A DNA stretch of 64,000 nt. It comes from Candidatus Parvarchaeota archaeon. GTDB lineage: Archaea; Nanobdellota; Nanobdellia; WJKC01. Position numbers and translations under genes: made by a program. The DNA is taken from contig JAUWZX010000001.1 of assembly GCA_030615175.1 (NCBI GenBank), forward strand, positions 199,840-263,839. The letters are read 5' to 3'. Below are positions 37,798 to 46,318 of the stretch, one piece after another. Under the pieces are notes generated by a model. The model saw only the letters and a list, made by a program, of their open reading frames with translations, was not told the origin of the DNA and did no database searches. Positions within the stretch are counted from its first letter, which is position 1, and each line of letters begins with the position of its first letter.

Positions 37798-39000
37798 ATG
37801 GACTATCATGGTGATTTAAGCATTTTCTTAAAGGAACGGTTAAAGCAGTTTAAGAAAATGGCTGACATTAATGCAGTCTTCTTAATATTTGGTTTTGGAT
37901 GGGCCTTTGTTGCACCAATCTTTAATATAAGGATTAATGAAGTAACCGGCTCATTATTCCTGTCAGGAATAATAATTGGCATGTGGGGTTTAGTGCGCTT
38001 ATTCACTGATATACCTGTGGGAATGCTTAATGATAAGTTTTCTTCAAAGCGTTTAATTCAAATATCTTTCTTAGGGTATATAGTAATAACTCTTCTTTAC
38101 GTTTACGTTGGCTCATTTGCTGAAATTTTCTTGTTAAGGTTTTTTCACAGTATTATTGGCAGTTTCTTATGGATTAGTTCATGGACTTACACTAGGAGGA
38201 TTAGTGTGGGGGCTCATGCCAGTGAAAGGGTAAGCCTCTGGTATAGTATTAGGAGTCTGCCAAACATAATTGGACCTTTAATTGGCGGATTAGTAATAAC
38301 CTTGATTAACTGGGAGTTCTCATTTTACCTGCTTTCATTATTCATGCTCTTCTGCTTCTTATACACTAGTTTTAAACTTGATAAACTTAAAGTAAAGCAT
38401 AATGTTAAGCGTGATATTAAAACAGAATTAAGACACTTCTTTAAGAACAGGGGGCTTGCATTAAGGATTTCATCGCTTACAATCATTTATGTTATAATAG
38501 CAGGCATTTATGGCAATTACTTGCCGTTATTCATGCAGGATAGAGGATTTAATATTGAGCAGATAAGCATTGTAATTGGTCTTGCAGCTTCAATTCCTTG
38601 GTTCATATTCAGCGTTCCAGTAGGAATAATTGGTGATAAGTATGGCAAGCGCTGGCCAATCTTTTTTGGATTAATAATGTCAGGCATTACTCTTTCATTA
38701 ATATTTAGTGTTAATTCATTGTTTGATATTTTATTAGCAACGTTCATAATTCAAACTGGTCTCGTATTCGTCACGGTTGCCTTGAATTCAAAGGTTACTG
38801 ATTTATTTCCTAAAGGTGAGGAGGGGAGTATTACTGGAATATATGAAGTCATGAAGGATATTGGAGTAATTATTGGGCCAGTACTCGGCGGTTACTTAGC
38901 GCAGACGCTTGGATTCACTAATGCATTCATGATTGCTGGATTCATAAGCATCCTTTCAAGTTTTATATTAATTAAGAGAATAGTCACGGCGAAAACTTAA
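37798..39000 (+). CDS. MFS transporter (12 TM)
   Basis: 400-aa polytopic protein; GxxxDKxGKR-like loop (IGDKYGKRWP) typical of MFS. Confidence 0.7.
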   Translation: MDYHGDLSIFLKERLKQFKKMADINAVFLIFGFGWAFVAPIFNIRINEVTGSLFLSGIIIGMWGLVRLFTDIPVGMLNDKFSSKRLIQISFLGYIVITLLYVYVGSFAEIFLLRFFHSIIGSFLWISSWTYTRRISVGAHASERVSLWYSIRSLPNIIGPLIGGLVITLINWEFSFYLLSLFMLFCFLYTSFKLDKLKVKHNVKRDIKTELRHFFKNRGLALRISSLTIIYVIIAGIYGNYLPLFMQDRGFNIEQISIVIGLAASIPWFIFSVPVGIIGDKYGKRWPIFFGLIMSGITLSLIFSVNSLFDILLATFIIQTGLVFVTVALNSKVTDLFPKGEEGSITGIYEVMKDIGVIIGPVLGGYLAQTLGFTNAFMIAGFISILSSFILIKRIVTAKT

Positions 39001-39028
39001 AAAAGAGGAAGTCATAATTAATCTTAAT

Positions 39029-39103
39029 GGGCCCGTAGCCTAGTCAGGATAGGGCGACAGCCTTCTAAGCTGTAGGTCGGGGGTTCGAATCCCCTCGGGC
39101 TCA
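39029..39103 (+). tRNA. tRNA-Arg (anticodon TCT)
   Basis: GGGCCCG acceptor / CGGGCTC+A, D-arm GCCTAGTCAGGATAGGGC, anticodon stem ACAGC/GCTGT with loop CTTCTAA, T-arm GGGGG-TTCGAAT-CCCCC. No encoded CCA. Confidence 0.85.
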
Positions 39104-40306
39104 TAAAAATTTTTTTAATATACTCTGCTGATTGCTCAATAACTTGCTCTGCCTTAAATCAAAGCCAGTAAGCCTGTTAATGTAAGTCTTGGCATCATTT
39201 AAGTTAGCGAATGACTTCCTGTTCTGCAATGCATTACTCATTGCTTGGCGGACAACCCATACGCCGAGAGGCATGTAGTATTCACGTGTTACTTCACGGA
39301 TGGCGAGCACGCATGCCTGTGATTTATTCTTGACTAAGTAATCAGTAACTGGCAGGCGGGCAGAGTAGTAACCGCCACCGCAATTACTTGCATACTTTTT
39401 GCGGTTCATGAAGCCTTCACTGTCAGTAACAATGTTCATGCTATTGCTTGAGTAAACAGCTCCAGGATTCCATACTTCGAATAACTCAAAACTCCATGGA
39501 TTAGGCATTAATAAAACAGTAAAGTAATTACCAAGATAATGCCCTCTGAAAACTAAGTAATTATCAATTAACCCATAATTCCTAATGGATTTTAATTGCT
39601 CCTTGCTTAATGAGTCATCAGTGGCTGTGATAGCCCATCTGGTTGGAGTTAACTTGCGTCTGCGCCCAACACCAAGGGCGCCTGCTGATAATAATTTGCT
39701 AACACTGAAAACACTAATCTTTTTTGAGTATAAGTAATTCATGGCATCATTAGCCTTAAAGTCAGTGTCATAATATGCTTTCTTAACAGGACTCCTAATC
39801 CTTGGATTATCCTCAAGAACTAATTTTTTAACCTCGCCAGCAGGTCCCATTGGCAAGGCATGCTGCGTGAAATTAATTCTCATAACCGGCTTCTTCTTTA
39901 ATGAAACATCAATGCTTAAAGGCTTGCTTGACAGGGCAACACTAGTCACTAATTCCTTGAAACCTTCATTAATTCTTATTTGAGTTTTTCTTCTTGAATT
40001 AATAAGTGACTGGCGCTCAATCATTACGTCACTAATATTATAATTATGCGAAACCCAATAAGAAGGGTTGTCCTGGACTTCAGCATTCTCAGGAGTAATG
40101 GAGCTAAGAATTCCAGCGTAAACATTAGGGTATCCATGCCAGCCAATAAATACGCCAGGAGTTCTTGACTTGAAATCCTTGCTTAACTTATAATTAATTC
40201 TCTGCATGTGGGATGCGCGTTCAAGTACTGGGCAGCGAGGCAGGCCGCAGAACAACCTGCCCTTGCATTTAATGCATAATGAGTCACTGATTGGAGCACT
40301 AACCAT
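39101..40306 (-). CDS. Zn-finger protein, possibly Nre-family (NreA-like) DNA-repair-associated protein
   Basis: N-terminal CIKCKGRLFCGLPRCP cysteine cluster; 401 aa; the family assignment is a guess from memory of Nre_N architecture. Stop overlaps the tRNA-Arg 3' end by 3 nt. Confidence 0.3.
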   Translation of the reverse strand: MVSAPISDSLCIKCKGRLFCGLPRCPVLERASHMQRINYKLSKDFKSRTPGVFIGWHGYPNVYAGILSSITPENAEVQDNPSYWVSHNYNISDVMIERQSLINSRRKTQIRINEGFKELVTSVALSSKPLSIDVSLKKKPVMRINFTQHALPMGPAGEVKKLVLEDNPRIRSPVKKAYYDTDFKANDAMNYLYSKKISVFSVSKLLSAGALGVGRRRKLTPTRWAITATDDSLSKEQLKSIRNYGLIDNYLVFRGHYLGNYFTVLLMPNPWSFELFEVWNPGAVYSSNSMNIVTDSEGFMNRKKYASNCGGGYYSARLPVTDYLVKNKSQACVLAIREVTREYYMPLGVWVVRQAMSNALQNRKSFANLNDAKTYINRLTGFDLRQSKLLSNQQSILKKFL

Positions 40307-40366
40307 TAATAATTCTTAATCTAATTCAATAAATTTAAATATGTTTATTGCCAAGTCAGTAATTAG

Positions 40367-41044
40367 ATGAGTATTACTCAGGTATTAAAATACCCGTTAC
40401 AGGATTTAAGAACGTTCTTAAAAGGATTGTTATTACAATTTCTTTATTTCCTAATAATTCCATTAATAATTATTTTCGGCTATCAAATAAGAGTGATTAA
40501 TCATGTGATTAATGGCAAGAGCAAGCTGCCTGAATTAAAAGAATTTAAAAAAACAATAATGCTGGGAGTTAAGTCATTATTAATTCACTTAATATACTTG
40601 ATTCCATGCTTTCTAGTGTACTCTGCTTCAATGCTGTCAATATATACTAGTTCATTAATATTTGAACCTGCGCAGCGCGGCGCTTATTTTAGCAATGCTT
40701 ATGACAATTACTATCAAAGCCCTAATTATTATGCTTCAATAATTCTTTATTATGGAGGTTTCTTCTTCATCCCTGCAGCGTTATGCCTTTTCGCGCATAA
40801 GTGGAAGTTCAGTGATGCATTAAAATTGAAGAAAGCATTACGCATCATAATTAATGGATTTGCTCGCTACGTAATCGCTTTTACATTAATACTATTAGCA
40901 ACCCAAGCAGTTAATAATGCTTTAAGAACTGTTAATTTAAGCATTATACTGCCAGTATTCCATTTTTACATTATTGTAATATCTGCTTTTGTTTATGGAA
41001 ATATTTATAAAAGGGTTAATAAGTCCAAATTAATTAGTGATTAA
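40367..41044 (+). CDS. Hypothetical membrane protein (5-6 TM)
   Basis: Hydrophobicity only. Confidence 0.45.
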   Translation: MSITQVLKYPLQDLRTFLKGLLLQFLYFLIIPLIIIFGYQIRVINHVINGKSKLPELKEFKKTIMLGVKSLLIHLIYLIPCFLVYSASMLSIYTSSLIFEPAQRGAYFSNAYDNYYQSPNYYASIILYYGGFFFIPAALCLFAHKWKFSDALKLKKALRIIINGFARYVIAFTLILLATQAVNNALRTVNLSIILPVFHFYIIVISAFVYGNIYKRVNKSKLISD

Positions 41045-41193
41045 ATTAGTGATTAATAATGAAACAAGAGATACCTTGGGATTTAATGATAGAACCTGAA
41101 GAAGAAGAGCATGATGAAGAATTAAAATATAGTCCCTCGGAAGATGAAGATGATGAGGACACGAAGAGAGTAATTGATTCTTACATAGGGTGA

Positions 41194-41556
41194 TTGCTTT
41201 TGGATGAATTAAAAGGCAGGGGTTATACTGTTATTGGCAAGCCATGGGGTGGCTTCAAGCAGTTCATTTTAAATAATGAGTGTACTGTAAAGATTCTTGA
41301 AGTAATCCCTGGAGGAGTGTTAAGCCTTCAATCGCATGAAACAAGGGATGAATTATGGGTTGCGCTTGATAATGGCTTAATAGTTGAATTAAATAATAAG
41401 GTTTTTGAATTAAAAAAAGGCGATGAAGTATTCATATCAAAAGGAAGCAAGCACAGGTTAAGTTCTAAAGTGGGCGGGCGAATGCTTGAAATATCATTAG
41501 GACACTTTGATGAGGAAGATATTAAAAGATATGATGATGAGTATGGCAGGGCATAA
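41194..41556 (+). CDS. Cupin-domain protein (mannose-6-phosphate isomerase type II C-terminal-domain-like)
   Basis: GKPWGGFKQF...KILEVIPGGVLSLQSHETRDELWVALDNG...KGDEVFISKGSKHRL matches the ManC-type cupin motifs. Uses a TTG start in-frame after a TGA (see findings). Confidence 0.65.
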   Translation: MLLDELKGRGYTVIGKPWGGFKQFILNNECTVKILEVIPGGVLSLQSHETRDELWVALDNGLIVELNNKVFELKKGDEVFISKGSKHRLSSKVGGRMLEISLGHFDEEDIKRYDDEYGRA

Positions 41557-41593
41557 TTATTTAAATAGACTTTTTTTATTAAAATTCTAAGAA

Positions 41594-41605
41594 GGGGTCG
41601 TAGTC
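41594..41605 (+). repeat. 12-nt direct duplicate (GGGGTCGTAGTC) of the tRNA-Trp 5' end, 71 bp upstream of the gene
   Basis: Identical to 41677-41688. Confidence 0.6.
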
Positions 41606-41676
41606 CCCAGAGGGCAAGCCCCCTTAGGCATAATCCCCAAAATATATAAAACATAAACAAAGTAAGTAAATAATGT

Positions 41677-41838
41677 GGGGTCGTAGTCTAGCCAGGTAGG
41701 ATGGCCGGCTCCAGACTATAAGCCATGGAGCGCTGAAGGCGTAAAGCTTGATGATTATGGCGAAACCGGCTGACCGGGGTTCGAATACGCGTAAGCGGAT
41801 TACAAGCCGTTTACGGGTTGAATGTCCTCGCGACCCCA
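41677..41838 (+). tRNA. tRNA-Trp (anticodon CCA) interrupted by two introns (41715-41764 canonical 37/38; 41787-41825 in T-loop after nt 60)
   Basis: Exons: GGGGTCG-TA-GTCT-AGCCAGGTA-GGAT-G-GCCGG-CTCCAG | A-CCGGC-TGAC-CGGGG-TTCGAAT | CCTCG-CGACCCC-A. Gives a 73-nt cloverleaf with G18G19, U33, anticodon CCA, G53-C61 and T-loop TTCGAAT. Confidence 0.65.
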
Positions 41839-41920
41839 TTTGGACTTTTTTATCCACTTGTGTAAAATAAGTATTAAAGCATAAAAAGGTATTTAAGTAA
41901 TATAAGATGAAAATTCTTTA

Positions 41921-44146
41921 ATGAATAAAATATTATTAAGCGCTGCATTAACTTTAATGGTTTTAGGAATCGGTTTCGCAGCACCAATTGATTATAATAT
42001 ATCAATGAAGGTATTGCCAGGAACAGCTCACGAGAATAATAATGTAACGGTTTTCGGCTACATTGAATTATTGGACTGGGGCAATGCTAACTCAATCACT
42101 GACATGAACCTGAGATTAGTGAGGAAGGGAGATCTTGATAATGATTGGTCACGAGATAATTTTGATGATGAAGGGGTACGGGATTACCCAAGCAGTGAAA
42201 TAGAATACCATAATGACATTAATGACAGTGAATTATTGTTAGACGGATTCTTCTACAAGGATTTGGGAATGCTGAGGGACGGGGATTATGTTATCCAATT
42301 AAGAATTGATGATAAAATGGTTGATTATAAAAGATTTAATGTACTAGACTTCTTAACAGATGGGTCAAGCAATTTAGCAATGGATTTTATAGAAGTTGCT
42401 CAATCAAGTGATGAAATTAAATTACTGGTTGACTTGTATAATAATAATGATTCTAGTGCTCTTAACGTTAATTTAAGCATTTACGGCAGGAAGAACTTTG
42501 ACAACCCACAGCAAGTAACAGGGATTAACATTAGTCCAGGAGAAAAATATGAATTACCTGAAAGTAATGATACATATAGTATAGACCTTTTTGCTGATGA
42601 GAATCAGGTATTTGGTTTAGTATTATTCGCTTCAAACCTGTTGCAGAACGCGAGCCCAGCAATAGTTGTATTAAACACTGGGTTAAGCACTATAGCTTAT
42701 GATGGTGAATTAAGCATTACACTGGACAGCGTTAAGAAGAATGAGGAAACCGAGGCTGAGTTAAGCATTAGTAATAAGGGCTTGTTAACAGCCACTTATT
42801 CAATCCTTGTTTCAGGAAGTTTAAGCAGTTATGTTCAAATCTCAGATGATAGTTTGACTTTAATGCCAGGAGAGGAAGTGACAGTTACTTTAACACTGAA
42901 CATTCCTAAAGATTATGATGGAAATAATGATTTAAAGATTATATTAATGCATGATGAAATAGAGATTAGTTCAATAACTTTAAATCCTGAGTTAATAACT
43001 GCTGACAAGGAGCACTTAATTATAATTAAAAGCATTAATTACAAGGCAGACCAGTTCTTCCCAGACCAGAACATTGAAGGTTCAGTAACAATTGAGAATG
43101 CAGGTGATTACTTTGAAGAATTTGTTAGAATTGAAATTAGTTACGGAGGAGACATTATTAAGCAGCAAGTTTCAATGAATCAGGGGCAGTCAAAGGATGT
43201 TGGATTCACGCTTGAACCGCAGGGCACTGTTGAACTAAGCGTTAAAGTAATTACTGAAGATATTAGCACTGAAATGGAATCAACAATTCCTTTAGTTGAC
43301 AAGGTTTACTCATTCACTTTAGTGCTAAGCGAGCATGAATTAATCTCGGACAATCAGGATGTTGAAACAGTTAATTTAACTGTTGAGAACAAAGGGAATA
43401 ATGAGGATTACTACACGATAAGCACTAGTGGTCATGATTATTACACGATAGACCCGAAAGAAAACTTCTTATTAAGCCCTGGCGAGAATGAGACAATAAT
43501 AATAAATGTTAACATACCTCCTGACGAGGATGAAATAAACATGTCAATAACTGTTAATTCAAAGTTAGGCAATGAATCAAGCACTGAGTACTTGCTTATA
43601 CACGTATTCAAGACAATTGAAACAACTGAAGAAAAGGCAACGATTAATGTTGATGAAGAAAGCATTCAAGCAGTAATTGATGAAGGAGTTATTTATTCAA
43701 TAACAGTGACTAATAATAAATTAATAACTAAGACTTACGCGCTGGATGTTTCATCAGATATTAATGGTTCAATAACTGTTTACCCAAGTGATGGTGTTTC
43801 AGTGCAGCCAGGAGAAACTAATAATATATACATTTATGTTACACCTGAATCAATCGGCGACTTCACAATTAGTTACACTGTTATGGAAGATGATGTTGAC
43901 GTTGGCAGTGGTTCATTATCATTATCAGTTAGTGAACTCCAAGAGGAATTCGGACTTACAGGATATATTGTTGCTGCAGGAGGGGTTTTCGGCGTGGCTG
44001 GTTTAATTGTCCTGATATTATTCATTTATTTCTACTTCATTAGGCAGCCGCCTAAAAAGGAAGAGGACGCGTTTAAACCAGTGGAGGTTAAGAAGGCTGA
44101 ATTAGGAAAGCCGAAAACGAGAAATGAGGGCGAGAAGTACTGGTGA
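41921..44146 (+). CDS. Secreted cell-surface (S-layer-like) protein with signal peptide, multiple Ig/CARDB-like beta domains, C-terminal TM anchor and basic tail; very rich in N-x-S/T sequons
   Basis: N-terminal MNKILLSAALTLMVLGIGFA signal. C-terminal GYIVAAGGVFGVAGLIVLILFIYFYFIRQPPKK. More than 25 N-x-S/T sites. Confidence 0.6.
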   Translation: MNKILLSAALTLMVLGIGFAAPIDYNISMKVLPGTAHENNNVTVFGYIELLDWGNANSITDMNLRLVRKGDLDNDWSRDNFDDEGVRDYPSSEIEYHNDINDSELLLDGFFYKDLGMLRDGDYVIQLRIDDKMVDYKRFNVLDFLTDGSSNLAMDFIEVAQSSDEIKLLVDLYNNNDSSALNVNLSIYGRKNFDNPQQVTGINISPGEKYELPESNDTYSIDLFADENQVFGLVLFASNLLQNASPAIVVLNTGLSTIAYDGELSITLDSVKKNEETEAELSISNKGLLTATYSILVSGSLSSYVQISDDSLTLMPGEEVTVTLTLNIPKDYDGNNDLKIILMHDEIEISSITLNPELITADKEHLIIIKSINYKADQFFPDQNIEGSVTIENAGDYFEEFVRIEISYGGDIIKQQVSMNQGQSKDVGFTLEPQGTVELSVKVITEDISTEMESTIPLVDKVYSFTLVLSEHELISDNQDVETVNLTVENKGNNEDYYTISTSGHDYYTIDPKENFLLSPGENETIIINVNIPPDEDEINMSITVNSKLGNESSTEYLLIHVFKTIETTEEKATINVDEESIQAVIDEGVIYSITVTNNKLITKTYALDVSSDINGSITVYPSDGVSVQPGETNNIYIYVTPESIGDFTISYTVMEDDVDVGSGSLSLSVSELQEEFGLTGYIVAAGGVFGVAGLIVLILFIYFYFIRQPPKKEEDAFKPVEVKKAELGKPKTRNEGEKYW

Positions 44147-45860
44147 AGTTAAAGCACTAATTTTTTTATCATTATTCTTCTTAGTTAATAGTGTTGCCAT
44201 GGCAGTTAATGCATGCCAATGCAAAACAGTAGTAACTGAATTCTTATTCGTTAATGAACATGATGCAATACAGCGTTACACTATTAATAAAGGCGGGACT
44301 GCTGCTACGTGGTTAAGCACTGAACATACTTTTACGTTAGCACCTGGTGATGGAAAAATTATTGTAGCACTTGGCACTATTCCATGCAGTGCAGCGCCAG
44401 GGGATTATGACTTGGAGTTAAAAGCTGTTTCAGAGGACGGCGTATTAACACAGACCAAGGTTTTCTCAGTCAGTACGTGCCATTCATTCAATGTTGAAAT
44501 AGCGCAGGATGAATATGATGTATGCATTGACAGTGAATTAATAATTCCAATAATAATTACTAATACAGGAGAGTATGAGGAAGCAGTTAGTATTTCAAGC
44601 AGTGCAGGCAGCCTGGTTGATGGCACTGTAGTAATATTATCAAAGGATGAGAATGCAACAATTACTTTGGCATTCACGCCTGATGAATTAATAACTACAG
44701 GCATTACTGTTAAAGCAGTTAGTGATAATTATGAAGTTAGCAAGGCATTAACCATTAATGGCATTGAATGCAGTTTCTTTAATGCAGAGTTAAGCACTGA
44801 TTATGTTGGATTATGCGAGAATGAGGATAAAAGCATTGATTTAATATTAACTAATCTTAATGATTCTGACGTTAAGGCGTATTTATTAATTGATTCATTA
44901 TTCATTGATGCTCCAGGCGAGGTGGATTTAAGCGCTAATGAAACTAAGAGTGTTTCATTGCAGATTCATTCAACATGCGATGCGCAAGTACTCACTCCTG
45001 TCTTAAGGGTTTACGTTAACGGCTCTGAGCGCAAGAGTCTTTCATTAACACTTAATTTCAGGAGTTGCTATCAGCCAATAATTATTGCCTCTCAAAAAAC
45101 TGATAATGTGTGCGCGTGCGAGAACACTAGTTATGATTTCTCAATTTATAATCCAGGAATAAAGGAGATGACTTATGCTTTAAGCGCTGGCAGGGGAGTT
45201 ATTAGTGATGAGAATGGCAGTTCAATCAGTGAGATTCGTTTAAGCCCTGATGGCAGCGCTAAATTAAGCATTGATTCATTAATTGAATGCGATGAGAGTG
45301 GTAGTATTCCAATAACCATTAAAGCAGTTGGGATTAGTGTTTGCAATAAGTCAAGCGAGGATTATGTTAATTTGGATGTTAAGTCATGGAGTGAGTGCGA
45401 GGCAGTTAGTGTTGAATCCATTGATGCAGTCTTTTTTAATGAATCCGGGCAGATAGTTATTCAAGTAAGCATTAGTAATATTGGTCGCAGGCCGTCTAGT
45501 TATAATATTGAAGTTTCTGGCAGCGCTATGCCTTACCTTTTAGGAATTAACACTGGATTCGTAACGCTTAATCCTGGCGAGAGTGAAACTGTTGAGTTAA
45601 CGCTTAAGCCTTATAACTTTTCAGATGCAAGTATTATAATTACTGCATTAAGTCTTGATAATCTTGCAAAGGATACTAAGGTCATTAGTTTAATTAACAC
45701 TGAGTACGTTTTCAAGTTTGACTTTTATTACTTGTTAATCCCTGCATCTGTTGCTGTTTTAATGATAATTGTTTTCTTAAGAGTAGGCAGGAAGGAGAAA
45801 GCCAGGGATTCAACAACCAAAGGCAAACCAAAAATAAAGAAAGCAGAGATTAAGAAATAA
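44124..45860 (+). CDS. Secreted cysteine-rich cell-surface protein with C-terminal TM anchor (paralogous architecture to upstream gene)
   Basis: Signal-like N-terminus, ~24 Cys in paired patterns. C-terminal LLIPASVAVLMIIVFLRVGRKEK anchor with K-rich tail. Confidence 0.55.
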   Translation: MRARSTGEVKALIFLSLFFLVNSVAMAVNACQCKTVVTEFLFVNEHDAIQRYTINKGGTAATWLSTEHTFTLAPGDGKIIVALGTIPCSAAPGDYDLELKAVSEDGVLTQTKVFSVSTCHSFNVEIAQDEYDVCIDSELIIPIIITNTGEYEEAVSISSSAGSLVDGTVVILSKDENATITLAFTPDELITTGITVKAVSDNYEVSKALTINGIECSFFNAELSTDYVGLCENEDKSIDLILTNLNDSDVKAYLLIDSLFIDAPGEVDLSANETKSVSLQIHSTCDAQVLTPVLRVYVNGSERKSLSLTLNFRSCYQPIIIASQKTDNVCACENTSYDFSIYNPGIKEMTYALSAGRGVISDENGSSISEIRLSPDGSAKLSIDSLIECDESGSIPITIKAVGISVCNKSSEDYVNLDVKSWSECEAVSVESIDAVFFNESGQIVIQVSISNIGRRPSSYNIEVSGSAMPYLLGINTGFVTLNPGESETVELTLKPYNFSDASIIITALSLDNLAKDTKVISLINTEYVFKFDFYYLLIPASVAVLMIIVFLRVGRKEKARDSTTKGKPKIKKAEIKK

Positions 45861-45898
45861 TAAAGTGTTTTTAAAGAGTGTTTTCTTAGTAATTTTTT

Positions 45899-46273
45899 AT
45901 GAGGACAATATTTAAGGCAGTTATTATCTTGCTTGTTGCAGCAATTGGGTTAATTACTGTTTGGTTTTCCTTAGATAAAACTACTAGGTGCAGTCTTGTT
46001 TATGGAAGAAATATTTGCAACTTTTATGCTATGATGGATTCAATCCCTGATTTTAATAAAATGATGGGCTTATGCAGTGATATGGGTGACGTGCCTAAAA
46101 AAGATAGTTGTTTTAAATTTATTGCAGAAACCTTTGCCCGCATTGATGTTAATAAGTCAGAGGAGGCATGCAACCAAGTTCAGGGATTCCGTGGAGTCCA
46201 CAGCATGGAAGAATGCCTTAACAGGGTGGAAAATTTCGAAATCTTCAGAACTGAAGAAGACTTACAATATTAA
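45899..46273 (+). CDS. Small N-terminally anchored/secreted Cys-containing hypothetical protein
   Basis: N-terminal TM (VIILLVAAIGLITVWF), 6 Cys. Confidence 0.4.
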   Translation: MRTIFKAVIILLVAAIGLITVWFSLDKTTRCSLVYGRNICNFYAMMDSIPDFNKMMGLCSDMGDVPKKDSCFKFIAETFARIDVNKSEEACNQVQGFRGVHSMEECLNRVENFEIFRTEEDLQY

Positions 46274-46318
46274 GTTAATAATAAAGTTTTTTAAGCCGTT
46301 ATATTTTATTCTAATATT

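Noticed and set aside
41677-41838. Alternative interpretation of the tRNA-Trp locus as a single-intron tRNA using the second T-arm-like copy (GGGTTGAATGT)
   Set aside because: No combination using that copy gives a 5-bp T-stem with a 7-nt loop and G53-C61. Only the two-intron parse yields a canonical cloverleaf.
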